Assembly: GCA_037445915.1 (NCBI GenBank) | Contig: JBBIJQ010000033.1 | Coordinates: 1 to 19,152 of the forward strand | From: Planctomycetales bacterium | Lineage (GTDB): Bacteria > 4484-113 | Direction: 5' to 3' | DNA length: 19,152 nt | In this document: piece by piece, positions 13,690-19,152 of the stretch | Position numbering within the stretch: the stretch's first letter is position 1 | Layout: the number at the start of each line of letters is the position of its first letter | Notes under the pieces: model-generated | The model's input: the letters and a program-made list of their open reading frames with translations, nothing else | The model's database searches: none | What the model was told of the DNA's origin: nothing | Translations under genes and position numbers: made by a program

Positions 13690-15606
13690 TTACTTAGAGC
13701 CTTTAAGTAGATCTTGAATCCTCTGCTCAATCTCAGCCAAGCGTAGTGTTCTTTGTTCTGTAGTAAGCGATTGATCTTCTATGACCGCGCGCCTTTGCGC
13801 TTCCAGGACTTGTAGCTGGGGATTCTGCGCCGGGGTTTGCGGTGTCCCGGGTTGTGACGGGAGCGGCGTAGAGGTGGATGCGCTAGGCGTCCCACTCTGG
13901 GCGCTGGACATCAGCTGGTCACGCTTGGAGCTCGTGGGAGGCTCAGGAGTGGCAGGCAGCTGGCTTCCGGGGGCTCCTGCGCGCTCCTGGACCGGCGGGG
14001 CGGGCGGCTCAGTCCATTCGGTTGCGTAGATGGGAGTGTCTGGAGTTGCCGGCAATATGTTCTTGCCTTCAGCATCAAGGATATAGCGAGATTCCTCAGT
14101 CGTCACTTGAGTGATATCAAGCGAGGCGGGGTCAAGGATGTTTTCCTTCACCTTGAAGATAACACGCGCGGCAACGCCATCTCCCTTCGGCAAGCCAAGC
14201 TGGTCAACTGAAATCGCCAGCGTGACTCTGCCTGGACTGCCCGGAGGCTGCGCGTAATAGAGCGACGTCTTTGCGTCCTTGGAGAAGAAGGAGCCGGGCT
14301 CTACCAAACGGAAGGAAAGTTTCGCCGGGTCGTAAGCGATAGTAAAGAGGCCCTTGGAGTAATTAGTGATGTTCTCCAGCCGAACTTCAGTTACGAGGAA
14401 ATCATCTTCGTTCAGCTTTTGTGTTGTATTCCACGCGAGCTTTGATTTAGGCATCGGCTCGCTAACAGTCACAGGAAAAGAACGCTCAGGCGTAACTTCG
14501 TTGCCCTTGCTGTCTAGCACCACGCAGCGGATGGTGTAGGAGCCTAGCTCCGCTGGGGTCCAGAGAATGTATGGCTGGTTAGTTTCAATCGTTACCAGCG
14601 GAGGGGCTTTATCCAGAAAGTCATCCCCTTCCTTAGGTTCCTCAGATTCCGCAGGCTCTTCGGGCAATTCAACAAGTTTACCCTCAGTCGCCTTCGGCTT
14701 GAAGCTATTAAGCTCTCCTGACTCTCCGGTAACATCTTTGATTTTCTCGTCTATTTCGCCCGCCCGCGCCTCAGCGTTTTCCGCAGCTTCTTCTTCGGCT
14801 GGTTTTGCATCGTCGCCTGACGTGCGCGTATCAGCGTTATCGGCAGGGGCTGCTTCATCCGCAGCTTTTTCTACTGGTTCAGGCCACGTTTCCCCGCCGC
14901 TGGTCTCGTCTTCCGGCGCAAGCAGGGCATATCTCGTCGTCGCCATCGCCACCTGGACGCCCTCCACTTTGGGCTTGTCCACGGGCTTTATGCTGTCAGC
15001 AGGCTTCGGCCGGTCTGCAGGCTTATCGGGCGTTACGAGCGCAGGTGGCTGCTGGCCTCCTGGCGCAGGTTTCGGAGCAGACATATCAGGAGTCACAGGA
15101 GCGGAAATTGGCGTTTGAGGCATAGCCGCAGCGGCGTCGGGCGCCGCAGTAGGAGAAGCAGCGCCGCTAGGAGAAAGCAGAGTTGGATCCGCTTTCTTTG
15201 CGCCGGGGATGCCCTTTGCGTCCCGCAGCTTCTGTTCCCAGCTTACAGCCTCGCTGCGGCGGCTTTCGGGCAGCGCTGCAAGCACACCTGCTTCAACCGA
15301 CCACTTGTACTTGAGCCCGCGCTTTTCGGGGTTGTCCACTACTGCTACAACGGCATAAGTTCCGCCTTTCAGGACTTCGCCGGTATCCATTGCCAGCATA
15401 GACAGCGTAATAGGCGGGTGATACACATCTTGCGGGAACTGGGAGTTTCCGGTTGTAGAAGTGGCCTGGCGCGACCGGGTTTGCGTTGTGTAATCTTGGT
15501 CGTAGCCGGGGTTGGTGCGCACGTTCGTCGTGCTGCTAGTACAGCCGGCGAACACAGTTAGGGCTGCTGCTATAACAAGCATATAAATTAGAAGAGTATT
15601 CTTCAT
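13690..15606 (-). CDS. Lipoprotein with a split Ig/PKD-like domain, long Pro/Ala/Glu-rich regions and a cohesin-like domain
   Basis: Lipobox FAGC and SD GAGGAG. Cohesin-like segment FLVTEVRLENITNYSKGLFTIAYDPAKLSFRLVEPGSFF...GRVTLAISV...GDGVAARVIFKVK (~14407-14055). Short C-terminal helical hairpin. Confidence 0.85.
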   Translation of the reverse strand: MKNTLLIYMLVIAAALTVFAGCTSSTTNVRTNPGYDQDYTTQTRSRQATSTTGNSQFPQDVYHPPITLSMLAMDTGEVLKGGTYAVVAVVDNPEKRGLKYKWSVEAGVLAALPESRRSEAVSWEQKLRDAKGIPGAKKADPTLLSPSGAASPTAAPDAAAAMPQTPISAPVTPDMSAPKPAPGGQQPPALVTPDKPADRPKPADSIKPVDKPKVEGVQVAMATTRYALLAPEDETSGGETWPEPVEKAADEAAPADNADTRTSGDDAKPAEEEAAENAEARAGEIDEKIKDVTGESGELNSFKPKATEGKLVELPEEPAESEEPKEGDDFLDKAPPLVTIETNQPYILWTPAELGSYTIRCVVLDSKGNEVTPERSFPVTVSEPMPKSKLAWNTTQKLNEDDFLVTEVRLENITNYSKGLFTIAYDPAKLSFRLVEPGSFFSKDAKTSLYYAQPPGSPGRVTLAISVDQLGLPKGDGVAARVIFKVKENILDPASLDITQVTTEESRYILDAEGKNILPATPDTPIYATEWTEPPAPPVQERAGAPGSQLPATPEPPTSSKRDQLMSSAQSGTPSASTSTPLPSQPGTPQTPAQNPQLQVLEAQRRAVIEDQSLTTEQRTLRLAEIEQRIQDLLKGSK

Positions 15607-15642
15607 AAGCTCCTCAGACCACGAGTAGTCAGTATACGATTC

Positions 15643-15671
15643 AGTCTACCATCTAGGGAGACGAATATCAA
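15643..15671 (-). promoter_or_regulatory. Sigma70 promoter for the cohesin-like lipoprotein gene
   Basis: Minus strand reads TTGATA-17 nt-TAGACT with an extended TG. An alternative TATACT lies at 15631-15636. Confidence 0.6.
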
Positions 15672-15791
15672 CGCAGAATGTTCGCTAATAGCCGTGGAAT
15701 TCGCGTATTTCCGGCCGCATTGGCGTATTTACCGAAACCTAACAGTCATCGGTTACAATAGTCGCTGAACGCTACTATTCAAGGTGACGAT

Positions 15792-16427
15792 ATGAAGGAA
15801 GTAGAAGTTGAATTTCCGTCGGCGAACATTGACGCAGGGCAGGCTGCGGGATTCCTGTCCCAAAAACTTAACCTGACGATGATACCGCACGGCCTGACGC
15901 ACTCGCGCGACATATTCGTAGACACGAAGAGCTTTGGGCTGCTTCACCGTGGCTTCACGTTCAGGCTGCGCCAGAAGCTTGACAATATTTACTCCGGCGA
16001 GGGGACGCGGCTTACCTTCAAGTATCCCCTTGAAGAGATGCCAGACTTGCTCGTGCGCGAGGAGTTGAAGATGAAAGCTTCGGTGCGCGAGTTTGGCGAA
16101 GTCATTCAGTTTCTGAGTGGAATGTCATTTGCCATTTTTAAAGAACCTGCGCAGATAACGCTGGCGGTTGAGGAAACGAGCCGCGAGTTTGACCTTGGCC
16201 AAAGCGGAAGGATGTTGCGCGTGGCTTATGACGCGGTGAAGTTTAAAGACCCGGCGGACGCGAAGCGCGTGCATGCAGTTAACTACCTTGAAATTGAAGA
16301 CCATGGCGTTGGGCTTGATGTGCTGCTCCAAGCCAAATCCGCCATTGAAGAATACTATTCGCTCTCGCCATCAACTGAGGGCAAATACCGCTTCGGGCTT
16401 AAGGCGCTGTCGTTAATTCCAACATAG
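15792..16427 (+). CDS. CYTH / triphosphate tunnel metalloenzyme family protein (divergent)
   Basis: N-terminal EVEVEF (ExExK-like), DIFVDT, FRLR, LTFK, REELK, VAYD, YLEIE and C-terminal GKY. SD AAGGTGA. Confidence 0.85.
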   Translation: MKEVEVEFPSANIDAGQAAGFLSQKLNLTMIPHGLTHSRDIFVDTKSFGLLHRGFTFRLRQKLDNIYSGEGTRLTFKYPLEEMPDLLVREELKMKASVREFGEVIQFLSGMSFAIFKEPAQITLAVEETSREFDLGQSGRMLRVAYDAVKFKDPADAKRVHAVNYLEIEDHGVGLDVLLQAKSAIEEYYSLSPSTEGKYRFGLKALSLIPT

Positions 16428-19152
16428 CAGGTTCTCCTTGCCCCAGCAGCACGTCAAAGTAGCGCTTGTCGCCGCTCATTGCAAAGACCGGCGTGCTCTC
16501 GGCGAAGAAGCTGGGGATAAGCTCGGAAGCCGCTGCGACTCCAAGGTCAACCGCGAGGTTGAGCATAAACAGTCCCTGCTTATCTCCCTGCTTTCCGTAT
16601 GCCAGCACCAGCCTGCCATCGGGAGACATTACCCACTGCGAAGGGCTGAAGCCAATAACCTGCGATAGGTCCACCGGCATCCCAGGCTTGCCGCCTTGTG
16701 GGCTAATCAGGACAATACCGTTGCCGCCTGGCGCATAGGCGATGGTCGCGCCGTTATCGCTCACGGAAAGGTTGGACTTAGGCCTGCCGTCATCGGTCAG
16801 CCTGCTGCGCTGGCCGCTAGCGGTGTCCGCTGAGTAAACATCGTTGTTTGCGGCGATAATGAAGGCGCGGGAAGCGTCTGATGTAAGCCGCCCCTCCAGC
16901 GCGGATGAGCCAAGCCCGGCCGGACTGCTCAGTCCGCCAGTGAAGGAATCGACGCGCATCATGCGAACTTCCTTGTCCGACGCGAGCAACACCGATGAGC
17001 CATCGGGCGTGATATCCAGCACCCTCTCGTTGCGGTCGCTGATTAGCAGGATGCCCGATGCCTGGCTGCGGATATAGCCACGCTTGACCCCGCCTGCGCT
17101 AACATTGAACGCAAGAAGGTCGGGGGAGCTTGTGAGGAAGACTTCGCTTACGCTGCCCGTGCTGGGCGTGAACGACATTGTTTTGCGCCCGCCTGCAAGG
17201 TCAAAAGACTCAAAGCCAGTCCCGTCCAGCAAGGCGATGCCAGTGCCTTGCGGCGCAAGCGTGACAGCGGTGGGCGCTTTTGGGCCGAGCGTGAAAGTGT
17301 ATTCGCTGCTGCGGTCAAACTCTGCAAGCTTCACGTCCACGCCGCCTTCTTCGCGCGCCTGGAAGTAGGCTATGGGGTAGCGGAAACGCTTGGGCGTGCG
17401 GCTAACTTCAAGGATGACCGGGTCAGTATCGTAAGTGTTGCCGTCGGCGTCGCCGACTTTGAGTTGAAGCTGGTAAGTTCCGCCTTCGGAAATGGTGAAC
17501 TCAGGGGATTCCTCTTCGCTGAATTTGTCGCCAAGCTTCCAGCGGAAGAACAACGGCATCCTGCCGCCGGCTACAACCGCGCGCGGTGCTAAGCGGTAAG
17601 GCGCCATAACGCGCATAGTAGGCGTTGAGTCAATTGCGGCAACGAGCTTTCCGCCGCCGTAGGCGATGTTGCGCTGGACCGTCCTTCGCTCCACGCCGTT
17701 ATCAGCAGTCAGCGTAACCAAGTATTCGCCCGGCTTAGCGTAACTCTTCTGAGGCTTGGACTCCTCGCTCGCAGTGCCGTCGCCAAACTCCCAGCGCAGC
17801 CGGCTGCGCTCAATTCCCGCAGCGCGGAATGTGATGGCGCCGTCCTTGCCGTAGTCCAACGCAAATGAAATGCGGGCTGCGGCAGGCGCGCCGGAAACGC
17901 CACTCTCGCCGGGCGTAACCAGCACAGGCACAAAGTATTTCGCGCCACGCCCCGCGCGGTCAGTGAGGGTAACGGTCATCACATAGTAACCTGCGTTGGC
18001 AAAGTTTACGGAGAACGCATCTTCCTTAACCGCGAACGGCTCGCCGAAGCTGGGGTCAACCAACAGCGTGTATGGTTCGCGCGCGCCCTTAATGGTGGCT
18101 TTGAAACTCACCTTTCCGGGGACGTCCAAATAAACCCGGCCCGGCTCAATCAAGATAGCAGGTGCGCCATCTGCTGCGCTCTTCGGCGTAATGACCGATG
18201 CCAAGACTTCGCGGCTTATGCTCCTGCCTGATGAATCGGTCACCGTCAAACTGCCTCGTATCTCGCCAGGCCGACCTGCAAAGAGCAACACGGCGGGCTT
18301 GTTGGCGGTAGTGCCGTCACTGAAAGACCAGCTATATTTGTAGGGAGGCTCGCCGCCAGTCACGGATGCGCCAAGCACTACCTTCCCGCCTGCGACAACT
18401 TCACGGGGGAAAGCAACTGCTGAAGCTGTGAACGGGAGCTTTGGCGCAAGCTTGTCTTTGGGCAGTTCCGGCGTCGCGAACGCCAGGTCTTTGCCGGCGG
18501 GCCGCTCGTTATCTTCAACTTGCAGAATCGCCAGTAGAGTGCCGTAAGTCTCGTAACGTTTGATGACATCGGGGGAGCTTGAAACGTGGTCAATATTGCC
18601 GTCTGCGTCCAAGTCCCACATATAGCGTGATAGCTTGCCGTCAGGATCAATAGATTCTCCGCCGGAATAACGCACGCGCGCGCCCAGCACCGGTTTCGGC
18701 TTCTCCGGCGCAGGAGGAGTGTCAATTATGTATGAGTCGCGCTTCTTCTTTATTGTATCTTCCGGCTCAACCGTCCTGCCCTCTGCGGAAGGCTTTGCAG
18801 CTTCAGTGCTTTCCTCGCCTATCGGGGCCGGCTCAGCCGGGACAATCGGGGTGACGCCTTCGGATGCCCTACCCTTCTCGGCTCTCTCAGACCTGGCAGG
18901 CCTTTCAGGCGGTGCAGCGTCGGCTGAGTTTGCGCCTTCGGCAGCATTCGCTTGTTCTGTCAGCGCTGAGGCATCTTTGCCCTTTTCGCTGGCGGCAACC
19001 GCAGCCTTGTCGGCATTCTCCCCGGGCGCAGCTTCCAGGGGGCGAATTTCGTAAGCGATGTGCGCTTCCGGCAAGCGGTTTATCAGCGATTTGCGCGGCC
19101 TGGAGACCATTAGGGCGTAAGTCTCTAGGCGCGTGATTGTAGTTGAAACAAT
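16399..19152 (-). CDS. Large PKD-repeat protein with a C-terminal TolB/WD40-like beta-propeller (5'-truncated)
   Basis: The frame stays open upstream of ATG 19110 to the window edge (IVSTTITRLETYALM...). About five PKD units (SIDPDG..RYMWDLDADG; GGEPPYKYSWSFSDG; LRWEFGDG...YAKPGEYLVTLT and others), then blades APQG, TPDG, SDNG, SPDG. The stop overlaps the CYTH 3' end by 29 nt. Confidence 0.88.
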   Translation of the reverse strand: MVSTTITRLETYALMVSRPRKSLINRLPEAHIAYEIRPLEAAPGENADKAAVAASEKGKDASALTEQANAAEGANSADAAPPERPARSERAEKGRASEGVTPIVPAEPAPIGEESTEAAKPSAEGRTVEPEDTIKKKRDSYIIDTPPAPEKPKPVLGARVRYSGGESIDPDGKLSRYMWDLDADGNIDHVSSSPDVIKRYETYGTLLAILQVEDNERPAGKDLAFATPELPKDKLAPKLPFTASAVAFPREVVAGGKVVLGASVTGGEPPYKYSWSFSDGTTANKPAVLLFAGRPGEIRGSLTVTDSSGRSISREVLASVITPKSAADGAPAILIEPGRVYLDVPGKVSFKATIKGAREPYTLLVDPSFGEPFAVKEDAFSVNFANAGYYVMTVTLTDRAGRGAKYFVPVLVTPGESGVSGAPAAARISFALDYGKDGAITFRAAGIERSRLRWEFGDGTASEESKPQKSYAKPGEYLVTLTADNGVERRTVQRNIAYGGGKLVAAIDSTPTMRVMAPYRLAPRAVVAGGRMPLFFRWKLGDKFSEEESPEFTISEGGTYQLQLKVGDADGNTYDTDPVILEVSRTPKRFRYPIAYFQAREEGGVDVKLAEFDRSSEYTFTLGPKAPTAVTLAPQGTGIALLDGTGFESFDLAGGRKTMSFTPSTGSVSEVFLTSSPDLLAFNVSAGGVKRGYIRSQASGILLISDRNERVLDITPDGSSVLLASDKEVRMMRVDSFTGGLSSPAGLGSSALEGRLTSDASRAFIIAANNDVYSADTASGQRSRLTDDGRPKSNLSVSDNGATIAYAPGGNGIVLISPQGGKPGMPVDLSQVIGFSPSQWVMSPDGRLVLAYGKQGDKQGLFMLNLAVDLGVAAASELIPSFFAESTPVFAMSGDKRYFDVLLGQGEPAMLELTTAP

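Noticed and set aside
13781..15561. Several long plus-strand ORFs rich in Ser/Gly/Ala
   Set aside because: Antisense shadows of the low-complexity parts of the minus-strand lipoprotein.
6391..19152. Cellulosome-like or secretion-system locus
   Set aside because: No dockerin repeat, CAZyme, ATPase, secretin or prepilin peptidase is present. The surface genes lie in separate transcription units interleaved with housekeeping genes.
1..19152. CRISPR arrays, tRNA, rRNA, IS elements, integrases, reverse transcriptases and defence genes
   Set aside because: No regularly spaced repeats, cloverleaf structures, terminal inverted repeats or relevant catalytic motifs were seen by eye.

Overview
A 19 kb stretch of ordinary bacterial chromosome, probably from an assembled uncultured genome (inference). 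It has no mobile element, CRISPR array, tRNA or rRNA that I can support. Housekeeping-type genes are a CorA-family transporter (missed by the ORF track because it runs off the left edge), a gamma-carbonic-anhydrase/CaiE-like protein, a D-2-hydroxyacid dehydrogenase, a fused M16 peptidase, RmlD/RfbD, a CYTH protein and the SRP (4.5S, ffs) RNA. These are mixed with six exported or lipoprotein genes built from IPT/TIG, PKD, cohesin-like, beta-propeller and GspG/pilin-like modules. The most interesting points are: (i) a Sec-signal protein with two tandem pilin-like domains and no prepilin leader; (ii) repeated insertion of long loops inside Ig-fold domains of the surface proteins; (iii) a stand-alone DnaJ-type zinc-finger gene whose predicted 5'UTR folds over its Shine-Dalgarno (SD) site; (iv) apparently leaderless promoters; (v) an in-frame CorA-CHAD-cNMP fusion at the left end that is most likely an assembly chimera. 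I found no complete novel multi-gene system that the sequence alone can prove. All family calls come from motif recognition by eye, not database searches.
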